From assembly GCA_051532055.1 (NCBI GenBank), contig JAOPTX010000016.1, positions 1-64,000 on the forward strand: DNA of 64,000 nt. The letters run 5' to 3'. The stretch is from Fibrobacterales bacterium. GTDB taxonomy: Bacteria; Fibrobacterota; Fibrobacteria; Fibrobacterales; JAOPTW01. The stretch's first letter is position 1; every line of letters begins with the position of its first letter. Made by a program: the position numbers and the translations under genes. Below the pieces are notes generated by a model. The model saw nothing but the letters and a program-made list of their open reading frames with translations, did not search any database and was not told the origin of the DNA. Shown one piece after another: positions 46,326 through 56,612 of the stretch.

Positions 46326-48596
46326 TTACTTTCTTAAAATTCGCTCTGAGACCCCTGATCTACGCATTATTGACTGCCCAACTGCCGAAATAACACTTTC
46401 AGCACCCCCTACAATACCCGCGAAATACTTCGCACGAGTGACTGCAGTATAGAGAATTTCTTTAGTCATGACACGATTCATCTCTTTCGGGAGAGCAATC
46501 AACGCATATTCATACTCAGAACCTTGAGATTTATGAACCGTTATGGCAAAAGCAGTATCAAATTGAGCGATATCTGAGACGGGATATATCCCAACAGAAT
46601 CATTTTCCGGAATTGCAATAAAGTAGTTGTCACCAGATGCAATCACCACTCCACAGTCACCATTAAAAACCCCATGGGTATAGTCGTTTTGGGTTATCAT
46701 AACCTGAAGCCCTGGATAGACTCCCTCACGTACTTCGTACTGAAGTTCACCCTGCATATACTCAAAGAGAATTTGATTTATTATGGCAGTCCCAACAGGT
46801 CCACTTCGAGTGACTCCCAAAATTTGAGATTGATTCATATAGGCGAAGAGTTCTGTAAAAAGTTCCTTCACTGTTGCATCTTCTACAATTTTGGTCCGTA
46901 TCTCAGATGGTGTCAAGCCACTCTTCATTTTTTTTGTTAGGGCTGCAATTATCCCGCAATACGAATGGGTACGAGTCCATGCATTATGGTATACCGATGT
47001 TTCTGCATAAGGTTGATCAACCAAATGAAACCGACACCAATCAATAAGGAGTTCTTTGAATGGGTCACGCTCTTTGGTTCGTTCACCTGGTTCAAGGAGT
47101 AGAGTGCCCTGAGTATTACACCGTTTTGCCCCTTCATCATCTATCACAACCATGGGCCATTCAGGGTATCCATGTACATGAGGTAATTCCGCTACTACTC
47201 TCTCTGCGTCTTGCTTATTAATTAAGGCACTCAAAGAAAGAATTGAAGCTTCTGAACGATGACTTTTACTGAGTACCACCATTGAATCTTTTAATAGATG
47301 ATGAGCGCCGAGTTCAAGGTTTTTACATGAGGCATCGTCCATCTCGGTTCCAAGAATATTTTGAAGCGCCTTGACTGATTCGGATGTCAGACTCGGGTTA
47401 CCCTCTGGAATAGTTTTTCCAAATAGGTCACTCAGAACTGCCCCTGCCTGTACCGAAGGAAGCTGATTGTGATCACCTAAAAGAATAATACGGGTATCAG
47501 ACTGGAGCGCCTCAATAATATTCAGGAAGAGTGCAGCGTCTACCATAGAAACTTCATCAATAATTACAATTTTCGCCGGGTGCTTATTATCACGACCATA
47601 AGTAAAGCGATTACGCCCTGGGTTATATTTTAAAAATCGGTGGATCGTTTGGGAGTCAATAGAATCGAGCAGCGAGTCCTTCATATCTGATTCACCTTGA
47701 GGAATGAGCGCAACACTTTGTTCAACCGATTCCGCCATTCGCGCTGCAGCTCTACCCGTTGGAGCCACCATACTGATCTGATTTGAGTGTAAGTGAGGAT
47801 TGAGCCGCACTAATACCCGAAGAAGGGCAACAACCGTACTTGTTTTACCGGTACCAGGCCCACCTGAAATAACAGAGAACTGTTTCTGTGCCGCCATCAA
47901 AACCGCCGCTTGCTGACGCAGATGAAAATGCATGGGACGAGAACCCAGCACCATAGGTTTTTCTATAAAGACATCGTTATAGGCCAATTCCAAATCAGGA
48001 GAAATAGTTAAAGGAGCCGTATCAATGATCGAATCGAGCCAGAGAGAGAGACGTTTTTCTACCCCAAAGTATTTCCCCGTATAAAACCCATAAGTCGCAT
48101 CATACACAAACAGTGAGCTACCACTAGGGCCTTCGCAAAAAACAGGACCGAGCATATCCAGTCTTGATACCACATGATTCATTGCACTGGAAAATTGATG
48201 TTTGAGTGCAATCGAATCAAATAGAGAGACGAGTTGGTCTGCCAGAACGACATCTTGAGTTACAATTTTCTTACGTTCAATATACCCTTCAATCACCTCA
48301 ATAATTTCTTGGTCTGTTTCACCAGGTAAATAATAGAGATGTCCCAACCCAGTAGAAACAATAATTAATAGTTGGGCAAGGGTACTATGCGAGTCACGGA
48401 CATTATTATTTAATAACCTATCTGAAAGTGTAGTCAATGAAAGATGAGCACCATCGATACAACCCGATTCTACAAGAAGATACACTGCAACAAAAAAAAT
48501 ATCTTCTTTCTCACTTGGCCTAATACCACCTTTGAGAGCCGCCTCACTCGGACCAATAGTTTCAATCCAGCACCGGGTCTGTAGTAATGCATCCAT
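46326..48596 (-). CDS. recD: Exodeoxyribonuclease V subunit alpha (5'-3' helicase)
   Basis: ISGGPGTGKT, APTGRAAARM, TIHRFL, DEVSMVD, LLGDHNQLPSV, SHRS, FNGDCG, AITVHKSQGSEY, LYTAVTRA. Confidence 0.95.
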   Translation of the reverse strand: MDALLQTRCWIETIGPSEAALKGGIRPSEKEDIFFVAVYLLVESGCIDGAHLSLTTLSDRLLNNNVRDSHSTLAQLLIIVSTGLGHLYYLPGETDQEIIEVIEGYIERKKIVTQDVVLADQLVSLFDSIALKHQFSSAMNHVVSRLDMLGPVFCEGPSGSSLFVYDATYGFYTGKYFGVEKRLSLWLDSIIDTAPLTISPDLELAYNDVFIEKPMVLGSRPMHFHLRQQAAVLMAAQKQFSVISGGPGTGKTSTVVALLRVLVRLNPHLHSNQISMVAPTGRAAARMAESVEQSVALIPQGESDMKDSLLDSIDSQTIHRFLKYNPGRNRFTYGRDNKHPAKIVIIDEVSMVDAALFLNIIEALQSDTRIILLGDHNQLPSVQAGAVLSDLFGKTIPEGNPSLTSESVKALQNILGTEMDDASCKNLELGAHHLLKDSMVVLSKSHRSEASILSLSALINKQDAERVVAELPHVHGYPEWPMVVIDDEGAKRCNTQGTLLLEPGERTKERDPFKELLIDWCRFHLVDQPYAETSVYHNAWTRTHSYCGIIAALTKKMKSGLTPSEIRTKIVEDATVKELFTELFAYMNQSQILGVTRSGPVGTAIINQILFEYMQGELQYEVREGVYPGLQVMITQNDYTHGVFNGDCGVVIASGDNYFIAIPENDSVGIYPVSDIAQFDTAFAITVHKSQGSEYEYALIALPKEMNRVMTKEILYTAVTRAKYFAGIVGGAESVISAVGQSIMRRSGVSERILRK

Positions 48597-51500
48597 TATT
48601 TATCTCCACTTATTTCAGGGTGCGCATCACGAATCATTTTTTCAATATCTATAGTATAGTGTTCTTCAATTATTGTTGCAGACTCTGGGCACATACATAC
48701 ATATCCATCATTGGATCCGGGCTGCATGCCTCGTATATAGAGATAGTAGACGCCACCAAAATGAGTATCAAAAGAGTAGCCAGGTAGGGCTGCCTGTAAC
48801 CAACGATGGAGAGCAAGCGCATAAACCTGCAATTGTATATCATAATGATCTCGAATCATACTCTCTTCAATTGCCTGGGCATCATAGCCATTTTCTAAAT
48901 AATTTGATTTCCAATCGAGAATGTAATAACGTCCCTCAAAACGGAAGAGCAGATCAATAAATCCTTTTACAAAATGAGCATCTTCATTCTTTGTAAAAAG
49001 TTGCACGCTCTCTGAATGGAGATAACTAAACTGAAACTCCATTTCAGCTTTAAGATCTTTTTCGGGAATTGTTGCCAGGGAAAAGGTATTGAACGGGTTG
49101 CGCGCATCGATCATCGGGGCAGTTAAACAGTTATGTATCAATCGTCCAATTGCCCGATAATGCTGAGATCCAATACCATATTTTGTACAATAGAATTCAA
49201 TTACATCCGCTGTCTTTTTATTCTTAAGTAGTGCAACCCCTGCATCTTCTCCAGACAATGCACCCACTTCGGCAAAGGAGATATGTTCAAAAATATCGTG
49301 TAAGCAATTACCCGGCTCAGCTCCTCGGGGAATATCTTGAATATATTTATCAAACTGTGCCGGCCGTGGAGCCGTGGGCACAACACCGATAGAGGTAATT
49401 ACCCGATTATTTTCATTAACAGTATGAGAAAGATGCGAGTACGACTCCATTATAATTTTTTTCTTAGAAAAACCAGAATAGTTAGGGATAACACCCACCA
49501 ACTCTTTTACCATTTCTTCAGAAGGAGGTTCAACCTGTGTCGCTTTATACTCTTCACAATCAGGATTTATAGTGACATAGCCTGAAAGCGTGTCATTGAG
49601 TGCGCCTGTAATAGCGGAAGTAAGTACCCGCCTCATCCCTACTTTTTGATTCACTTTTTCGGAACCCATAAGCGGCATATAGAGAAAGTATTTAGCCCGA
49701 GTAAGTGCTACATAGAGCAACCTGGTATATTCTGCAAGCCTCTTTTCTAAGGGTTCTTTTTGAGTAAAATCAAAGTGCCGGTGATCACTCTCTTTAGTGA
49801 CCACATAGTTATTCATTTGTAATTCACCAAAACCACCGAGAAAAACCACATTAAACTCAAGGCCCTTAGATGCGTGCATAGTCAATATCTGTACTGCTGC
49901 ATCATCACGTTCTTTCCGATAGAGTTCACCATCATCTTCACGTTCAAGACGCTTCGCCCGCCAATTTTTAAGGAGCGCGACTTGATCCTCAAGAGACAAC
50001 TTTTTGCGATATGCCTCAGTTTGTAGGTCCTGCATTACTTGTTTATACGCATCAAGCTCTCGAAACCTATTAGGGCCAATTGTTATAGTACGTAACAGCT
50101 CTGTATCGTGTAAAAAAGAGTGGTAGAGCTCCCCCCATCTCCGTCGAGTAACCAGGCTGTGCCATCTATCATAGAGCACTCGTCGAGCACTGTCATTTTG
50201 GTGCTCGCCCAGCCCCCTCTCACCTTCTCCAAAAAAAGGCGTAAAGAGCGCTTTGGTTGCTGTATCAGGTGCAGCATCTGAGATACTCTCAAGAAGGTAG
50301 AGTATATGAGCCGATTCTTTTGACTGATAGACACCCTGCTGCTTATAATAGCTATAGGGTATTCCCCGCTCTTGGAGAAGTGATTCAAAATGAGTTACAT
50401 CCCCTCGTTTCTCAACAAGGATTGCCATATCACTCCACTCTGCTCCTTGTACACGAAGATCAAGAAGCGCATCAACCATCCAAGGATAATACTCTTCTCG
50501 ATTTCCACCGAGACCCTCGCTTAACAATTCTTTCACCACAAATGGAGTGTATGTATCATTCACCTTAAAACGTTCGTAAAAGGTTCCCGGTCTTTGGGCG
50601 GGCGAGGCATCAGGATAATGAACAGGGCTATATGTAATAGCACCCTCTGCAGTATCATAACCAAAAAATGATGGTCGAGAAAAGAGGGCATTAAAGGCCT
50701 CAAGTATTCGCTTGCTCGAACGATAGTTGTCAGAGAGCGTGTGCATAACTTCATGACCAGAGAATGAAAGCATCTCTTCTTTGGCTCTATAATAGGTTTC
50801 AATATCAGCACCCCGAAAAGAGTAAATTGCTTGTTTTGGGTCACCAATAAGAAATAAACGTGTATAGGTCGTTCTTAAAAAGAGAGTTTTAAATATATCC
50901 CATTGCGCGTCATCAGTATCTTGAAATTCATCAACCAATACCACATGATATTGACCACGAATCCTCTGTGCAATATCTGGATTCGTTGTCACAAGTGTGC
51001 GCACTCGTTGTATCATATCATTAAAAGTAAAGAGCGACTGATTCTCTTTGGTCTCGCAGACTTTCTCGATTAACCGACTCAATAGCGGGATAATTCGAGC
51101 AGCCTCTACCTCTGTGTGGTAATTGACTGCTGCCTCACACAATGAAACAACAGCCTTTACCACTACACTATAACTCTTACCATTGCAGTAAGGAAAAATT
51201 GTTTCATCATCAATATCAAACTGGGGATCATCACATTTTGATCCGAGCCATCCGGGTTCACTTTTTTGTCCCTTAAATTGTCTAATAAAACTATTCAGTG
51301 GTTCGGGACTAGTATCACTTTCACATTGTTCAATAACACCGCCCAATGCACCCCAAAACATTTCGGTCCACTCATCAAACTTAGGGAGTTTTTTCCCTTT
51401 ATTGAAAGCCCCTTTATGGGCGACAGCGACTTCTCTCTGTCGATCACCAAAAGCACTTAAGGTCGTATTGAAATCTATTCCCACTTGTTGTTTGAATAAG

Positions 51501-52087
51501 CCTATGCTCTCAGTAAATGGCTTCAGGGCTTCCCCAACCACCGTATCACTCTTACTCTTCTGTTCGGCAATAGCAATAAATACAGACTTTAAGAGATCAT
51601 CAACATTTAAGTACGGACTCGATTTTACCAGACGTACCAACTCCGGATACTCTTTTGACCATTCACCTTTGAATAGTTCGATACACTCCTGTACAATAAG
51701 TTCACGCTCATCAGTGAGTTTCTCTTGAAATGAACGCCCTGATTCAAATGGAATTTTTTGCAATACCTTTTTACACCACCCATGAATGGTATACACTTCT
51801 GCCGTTTCAAAATCACGAATAGCTTGCATGAGTCGAGCACACTCATCATGCCCTAATGCCTCACCATGAAGTTCACGGGAATGGAGTGTTTCAAGTAGTC
51901 CTTCTCGAATACGCTCACGCATCTCACCTGCAGCTTTTTCGGTGAACGTTACCAGCAGGATTTCATTAATACATGTCTCACTTGAGCGAAGTATCTCAAG
52001 AACCATCTGTTGAATAGTATAGGTTTTACCCGTTCCAGCCGATGCCTCAATCCACCCATTGGGTCGTGTTGCTATTTCTTTAAACAT
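48596..52087 (-). CDS. recB: Exodeoxyribonuclease V subunit beta (helicase-nuclease)
   Basis: IEASAGTGKT, VTFTEKAA, VDEFQDTD, IGDPKQAIYSFRGAD, NYRS, TMHASKGLEF, LYVALTRA; nuclease motif GFIDLLF...ILDWKS and QLQVY. Confidence 0.96.
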   Translation of the reverse strand: MFKEIATRPNGWIEASAGTGKTYTIQQMVLEILRSSETCINEILLVTFTEKAAGEMRERIREGLLETLHSRELHGEALGHDECARLMQAIRDFETAEVYTIHGWCKKVLQKIPFESGRSFQEKLTDERELIVQECIELFKGEWSKEYPELVRLVKSSPYLNVDDLLKSVFIAIAEQKSKSDTVVGEALKPFTESIGLFKQQVGIDFNTTLSAFGDRQREVAVAHKGAFNKGKKLPKFDEWTEMFWGALGGVIEQCESDTSPEPLNSFIRQFKGQKSEPGWLGSKCDDPQFDIDDETIFPYCNGKSYSVVVKAVVSLCEAAVNYHTEVEAARIIPLLSRLIEKVCETKENQSLFTFNDMIQRVRTLVTTNPDIAQRIRGQYHVVLVDEFQDTDDAQWDIFKTLFLRTTYTRLFLIGDPKQAIYSFRGADIETYYRAKEEMLSFSGHEVMHTLSDNYRSSKRILEAFNALFSRPSFFGYDTAEGAITYSPVHYPDASPAQRPGTFYERFKVNDTYTPFVVKELLSEGLGGNREEYYPWMVDALLDLRVQGAEWSDMAILVEKRGDVTHFESLLQERGIPYSYYKQQGVYQSKESAHILYLLESISDAAPDTATKALFTPFFGEGERGLGEHQNDSARRVLYDRWHSLVTRRRWGELYHSFLHDTELLRTITIGPNRFRELDAYKQVMQDLQTEAYRKKLSLEDQVALLKNWRAKRLEREDDGELYRKERDDAAVQILTMHASKGLEFNVVFLGGFGELQMNNYVVTKESDHRHFDFTQKEPLEKRLAEYTRLLYVALTRAKYFLYMPLMGSEKVNQKVGMRRVLTSAITGALNDTLSGYVTINPDCEEYKATQVEPPSEEMVKELVGVIPNYSGFSKKKIIMESYSHLSHTVNENNRVITSIGVVPTAPRPAQFDKYIQDIPRGAEPGNCLHDIFEHISFAEVGALSGEDAGVALLKNKKTADVIEFYCTKYGIGSQHYRAIGRLIHNCLTAPMIDARNPFNTFSLATIPEKDLKAEMEFQFSYLHSESVQLFTKNEDAHFVKGFIDLLFRFEGRYYILDWKSNYLENGYDAQAIEESMIRDHYDIQLQVYALALHRWLQAALPGYSFDTHFGGVYYLYIRGMQPGSNDGYVCMCPESATIIEEHYTIDIEKMIRDAHPEISGDK

Positions 52088-55000
52088 ACAACCCCTAGTA
52101 TCGCGCCAAACCTATGTAAGTACACTTCAAGAGAGTCTGGTCGATATACTTTAAAGCGATCAAATCCTAAATAATCGGGGACATAACTCGCTGAACAGTG
52201 ACTTTCCCAAGCGGTCTCTATGGTAGTTACTACCTCTTGATAGAGTTCTTGATTAATAATCGGTTTTTGGTCCTCTTCTGCAAAAGCTAATAATGATTCT
52301 TTTATGGGATCACACTTCTCAAGTCCTAACAACTCAAAACTTTCCGCTATCGCACCATCTGATGATAAGCTCCCCGTATAAAGAGATTCAAAGGGAAGAG
52401 AATAAAGGTTTTCGGTTAATACCATTTCTGCAAGAAGCTCTTTGAGGCGTCTATCCGAGCCACTCAATGAGAGAGGTATTTTAAATTTCCTAATCGTACT
52501 CTTTTCGAGGCTACTCCAACACCATACCTCCACTCCATTCTGTACCTGTTCTTTGTATGAATCAGTTTGAGCAAGAATAAGGAGACGCACATAGGCTATG
52601 AGTAGATGCTTGGGTTGAAAACTTTTTGTAAAATTATTGGGGACCAACATTATGGGGAGTTGGCCAGTAGATGAAACAAAGAGATGACCAGTGTTTCCTG
52701 TCACTTCTATTATATGATGTTCACCCGGAAGAGCAATTGGAATAGTTACCGATTGAGGCATTACGTATTGATATTCTTCTAAGTGCGTTTGCATACTATG
52801 AATACGCTCAATTTCAATTGATGCACCTTCGATAGTTTTTTCGAGGGCAATCTCACCCAGTACTGAAGTCGGTAAATTACCTAAGCGACAATTCCGGTCC
52901 CACTCGTCTTTAATAATACTCTGTACTCGATGCTCCCCAATTTCTTTTTCTAGACCAAACCACTCCGTCAGTATTGTTTCAACAACCGCTCCTTTAATAG
53001 CACCCGCTTGGAGCATTGCAACTGTCAATGGTTCTTCAGACTCAATTGAGTGATCTTCATCATCACCCCAAAGCCCGTACTTCTGTTGTAGCCGGTAGAC
53101 TAATGGGTTTTCTAAAAACCGTTTTAAATGCCCCTCAGTTACTACAACATCGTCATTCAGACTCACCGGTATGGAAACATATTCACTCGTGTACGTTTCT
53201 GTCTCTTGCTGTAGCAAACTCGAAAGGTGTGCAAAGTGAGATGAGTAACTCGGAACGGTATACGTATCACATTGAGGCAGTTCAATAAGTGGTTGAGTAT
53301 GCCCTCCTGTAAATAGACGACTATCACTATTAAGTAATGGAATATGACATCCCTTCACCTGCGTAGTCAGAAGATAGTCATTGAAAAACTCTTTCAGTTC
53401 GGACACTAGCGAGCTTTGTTGAAGTGGCTCATCTTTTTTAAGGTCCATAGAGAGATAACTCAATACCAGTTGTTCTTTAACTGAGGTTATAACTTCTAAA
53501 AAGAGATACCGATCAGTCTCAATAGGGGAAAAATCTCCTATTTCACGACGACACCCTCTGAGATCTAACGATCCATAACTCATACGCGAAGGAAAAACCC
53601 CTTCATTGAGTCCTAAGAGATACATACTTCTATAGGGAACCGGTGGCTTTGGACTCAATGAAGTAACCGTTACGCCACCAGTGAGATAACTTCCGCCAAA
53701 TCCTGGGAGGTCAATGAGTAATCCCAAAATAAATTCTTGGAGGAGTACCCAAGGAATAGTGCTTGACTTCCTCTGAAGAAGGGTCACCCGTGTCAATTCT
53801 TCATACAGTTGATCTCGTAACTTTTTCTCCGACTCGAGTTCTTCGGGTACACTGCACCACGTTGTAAAAAAGAGCGGTAAAAAGGTGAGCCACTCAGAAA
53901 CTGATTTTTGTTTTTTAAGTGCTGAAAGATCGCGATAGAGCAATTCAATAGTTTCAACAAAAAGAGAGAGCAGTGCACTATTTTGCGAATCAATATCACT
54001 ATAGGCCTCAAGAGCATCACCAACAACACTCCCTACTTCCGTAACTTGGCCAAGAAGCAGTCGATCCAAGGCCATTCTCCAGGTGTGAATATACTCTTCT
54101 GCATAGCCAGCACTCTGCCGATGGCTTTGATCAAAATGACGATAAATATTTAGACGTTCCGCCCACCCCACAAAGGTTGTGACCATCTCGGGCGTGATAC
54201 CTCGAGCCGCTTGTACACAGGGGTTCTCCAAAAATGAAAACAGTTCTTTACGCGTAAAATGACTCCCCGAGAGAGCCATCAAATCACGCACCGCCTGGCT
54301 ATAGACACTAGTACTTGAGGTGCCATCGATGAGGCTATAAGGAATGCGCTCATGCCCTTCACTATTACGTGCCTCAAAGACCTGTTGTACTACGGGTGCA
54401 TACCGTTCAAGGTCTGTTACAAATACTGCGATATCATGAAAACGCATCGTAGGATTGAGTCTGAGGGTATGGACAATACTATCATAGAGTGTCTCAACCT
54501 CTCGTTTAATTTCAGGTGCACTCCAAAACTGAACTGATGCATCTTGTTTTACAGGGGTGATATCTGTTGTTCTCTTGAGAAGTGAATGCTGAAGAGTTCC
54601 AAGGATAGTTTTTGTATCATGAGGTTCACTATAGCGATCAGCAAAAGCATAGTCTGTCGCCTGACACCAAAGCTGTATCCCTTCACGTCCTGGCCTTCCC
54701 CACTCTGCAAGAAGAGGATGCATCTGACCCTGTTCTTCTGGGAGAACCTCATCCATAAGGGCGTCTTCATCTTTGGTCAGTACATTCCGTTCTTCATCAC
54801 TCAGCAGATTCCAGGTGCCAGTGTGTTGAATACGCCGCTTCTCCGAAACAAGATCTTCCCAAAACTCTGCACAAGGATTAAGGGCATAGACATTAAAAGT
54901 AACCCCCAACTCCGAGAGGGTAAAAATAAGGCTTCGATGAAACAGTGATATTTGAGACATTGCAAATATATGCCATGTTTCACCCTTACACGGTTCAGCA

Positions 55001-55701
55001 TCAAAACTTTCTTCAGCTTTAAATACCTGCCGTGCATACATAGGGAGTGAGCAGTACCAGTCACTATTCGCTTCGGCGTAGCGACCGAGTACACCTCCTT
55101 CACCAAAGAGTTCTCGGTAAAGCGCTTTCTGCCAGAGCTCCACCTGCCCAAACCAAGTCTCTTCGTCAGGGCGAACGCCCTTTCCAATTTTTTTAGAAAA
55201 AAGAAGAAGATCTACATCAAGCCACGACTCAATCACTCCTTCACATGAGGGACTTTTGATGCGCTTAAATTCATAATCAATAAAGACCGTAGCTATCTGT
55301 GTTGCAAGCTGCATCAATTTCCGGAAATAGAGACCCTCACTACTCTCTGTATCTCCTAAATATTTTTTAAGAGGCTCATACACCGGCAGAGCCATAAGCT
55401 CAGTATCCATCAAGCAATGAGCGACAAAGAGTGAAAGTGATGCTTTATTGAGGGGTTCAGCAGAGCCTTCCTCGTAAGTATCTATTTCTTGAAGTAATCG
55501 CCACAAGTTTTTTTCTAATCGTCCTACCTGCAAGTTTGCCACAATACCATCGCGCTGGGCCATATGGTATTGCAACCAAGTCCCCATCTGGCCACCCACA
55601 ATTATAGGGTCGGGATTAAAGATATCATCGGGCTGATAATTATCGCGCAACTTCTCAAAGAGCTGCATAGTATCGTTACTAAAAAAGAGGTTTATAGCCA
55701 T
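52072..55701 (-). CDS. recC: Exodeoxyribonuclease V subunit gamma
   Basis: FFSND, WQKALY, LNPCAEFWED, HPLLAEWGRPG, REVETLYD, HTWRMALDRLLLG, LGLNEGVFP, DRYLFLE. Confidence 0.93.
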   Translation of the reverse strand: MAINLFFSNDTMQLFEKLRDNYQPDDIFNPDPIIVGGQMGTWLQYHMAQRDGIVANLQVGRLEKNLWRLLQEIDTYEEGSAEPLNKASLSLFVAHCLMDTELMALPVYEPLKKYLGDTESSEGLYFRKLMQLATQIATVFIDYEFKRIKSPSCEGVIESWLDVDLLLFSKKIGKGVRPDEETWFGQVELWQKALYRELFGEGGVLGRYAEANSDWYCSLPMYARQVFKAEESFDAEPCKGETWHIFAMSQISLFHRSLIFTLSELGVTFNVYALNPCAEFWEDLVSEKRRIQHTGTWNLLSDEERNVLTKDEDALMDEVLPEEQGQMHPLLAEWGRPGREGIQLWCQATDYAFADRYSEPHDTKTILGTLQHSLLKRTTDITPVKQDASVQFWSAPEIKREVETLYDSIVHTLRLNPTMRFHDIAVFVTDLERYAPVVQQVFEARNSEGHERIPYSLIDGTSSTSVYSQAVRDLMALSGSHFTRKELFSFLENPCVQAARGITPEMVTTFVGWAERLNIYRHFDQSHRQSAGYAEEYIHTWRMALDRLLLGQVTEVGSVVGDALEAYSDIDSQNSALLSLFVETIELLYRDLSALKKQKSVSEWLTFLPLFFTTWCSVPEELESEKKLRDQLYEELTRVTLLQRKSSTIPWVLLQEFILGLLIDLPGFGGSYLTGGVTVTSLSPKPPVPYRSMYLLGLNEGVFPSRMSYGSLDLRGCRREIGDFSPIETDRYLFLEVITSVKEQLVLSYLSMDLKKDEPLQQSSLVSELKEFFNDYLLTTQVKGCHIPLLNSDSRLFTGGHTQPLIELPQCDTYTVPSYSSHFAHLSSLLQQETETYTSEYVSIPVSLNDDVVVTEGHLKRFLENPLVYRLQQKYGLWGDDEDHSIESEEPLTVAMLQAGAIKGAVVETILTEWFGLEKEIGEHRVQSIIKDEWDRNCRLGNLPTSVLGEIALEKTIEGASIEIERIHSMQTHLEEYQYVMPQSVTIPIALPGEHHIIEVTGNTGHLFVSSTGQLPIMLVPNNFTKSFQPKHLLIAYVRLLILAQTDSYKEQVQNGVEVWCWSSLEKSTIRKFKIPLSLSGSDRRLKELLAEMVLTENLYSLPFESLYTGSLSSDGAIAESFELLGLEKCDPIKESLLAFAEEDQKPIINQELYQEVVTTIETAWESHCSASYVPDYLGFDRFKVYRPDSLEVYLHRFGAILGVVCLKK

Positions 55702-55707
55702 GGTTGA

Positions 55708-55739
55708 AATATAAGTATTTTACCAGACAATAATTGTCA
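55708..55739 (-). promoter_or_regulatory. TGACA-N5-TGTCT box 3 plus -10 element, upstream of recCBD
   Basis: Minus strand TGACAATTATTGTCT (55739-55725), 11 nt, TATATT (55713-55708), 6 nt, then the ATG of recC. Confidence 0.65.
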
Positions 55740-55740
55740 C

Positions 55741-56454
55741 CTACAGATCAATCTTGCGGATATCTTGAAAGGATCCCGACTCAAACTGAGTCAGTTTTGG
55801 AATCACTGCAACCGCTCGCTGAGCAAACAATTCTGGAGTGGGCATTGCATCTGTCCCCCTCGCCGCTTGAATACGGGCGACTGTGGGGTACTCTTCGCCA
55901 TTAACCTGATCACAGAGGTAATCTTGCATTGCCGTATCGACAAGCCCGGGCGCAAATGCACAAAAGTGGGTTTCTGGGCGCTCTGCTGCGTAGAGTGCAA
56001 TAAGCATGTTGAGAGCCGCTTTTGAAATAGCATAGCCACTCCATCCTTTATTTCCACTCACCGCTGCACCCGATGACGTTGCAACAACTTGAGTAAGGGT
56101 TACATTGAGGTCATAGAGTGTATCGAGAATTATCTTATTTGCCCAAACGTTAACTGTCATGCTCTCTTCGAGTTCAAGAATGGAGGTTCCCTGAAGTGAG
56201 GTAACGGAACCAAGCATACCAGCATTCAACAATACCAAATCAAAGGTGCAACACTCTCCTATAAGAGACTCTATTGCTGAAGCTATCTGAAAGTGATCTG
56301 ACAGATCACAGGATACAAAGGTAAAGGTATCTAATTTAGACAGGCCTTTGGGTTCACGCCTACTTAACCCAAAGACTTGGTGCCCCATATCGAGGTATTG
56401 TTTAGCCAATCCATGACCAATACCTGAACTGACACCGGTGATTAAAATATTCAT
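55741..56454 (-). CDS. Short-chain dehydrogenase/reductase (benzil/sepiapterin reductase-like)
   Basis: ITGVSSGIG, LLNAG, SSGAA, GWSGYAISKAALNM, APGLVDTAMQ. Confidence 0.9.
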   Translation of the reverse strand: MNILITGVSSGIGHGLAKQYLDMGHQVFGLSRREPKGLSKLDTFTFVSCDLSDHFQIASAIESLIGECCTFDLVLLNAGMLGSVTSLQGTSILELEESMTVNVWANKIILDTLYDLNVTLTQVVATSSGAAVSGNKGWSGYAISKAALNMLIALYAAERPETHFCAFAPGLVDTAMQDYLCDQVNGEEYPTVARIQAARGTDAMPTPELFAQRAVAVIPKLTQFESGSFQDIRKIDL

Positions 56455-56574
56455 ACCAACCTTTTAAATTCTTCTTCTTTCTATGGTAAATGTGCTTAAA
56501 TTGAGCTTTCCGCACAATAGGTCCCGTTATTTTTGCCATAAAACCCCCCAAATTATTGATTAAACAATAACGGC

Positions 56575-56612
56575 TTGACTTCACCGCATTATTGTACTAT
56601 TTTACTAGTACA
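56575..56612 (+). promoter_or_regulatory. Sigma70 promoter overlapped by a TrpR operator
   Basis: TTGACT(56575)-N17-TATTTT(56598). Operator GTACTATTTTACTAGTAC (56594-56611) matches the symmetric trp operator consensus GTACTAGTTAACTAGTAC at 16/18. Confidence 0.85.

Noticed and set aside
56402..56539. 45-aa Lys/Trp-containing ORF (MAKITGP...WYE...YWSWIG) divergent from trpR, as a possible Trp leader peptide
   Set aside because: It is on the opposite strand from the trp genes. Two of its three Trp codons come from out-of-frame overlap with the SDR gene, and no attenuator hairpins were seen. Translation is not excluded.
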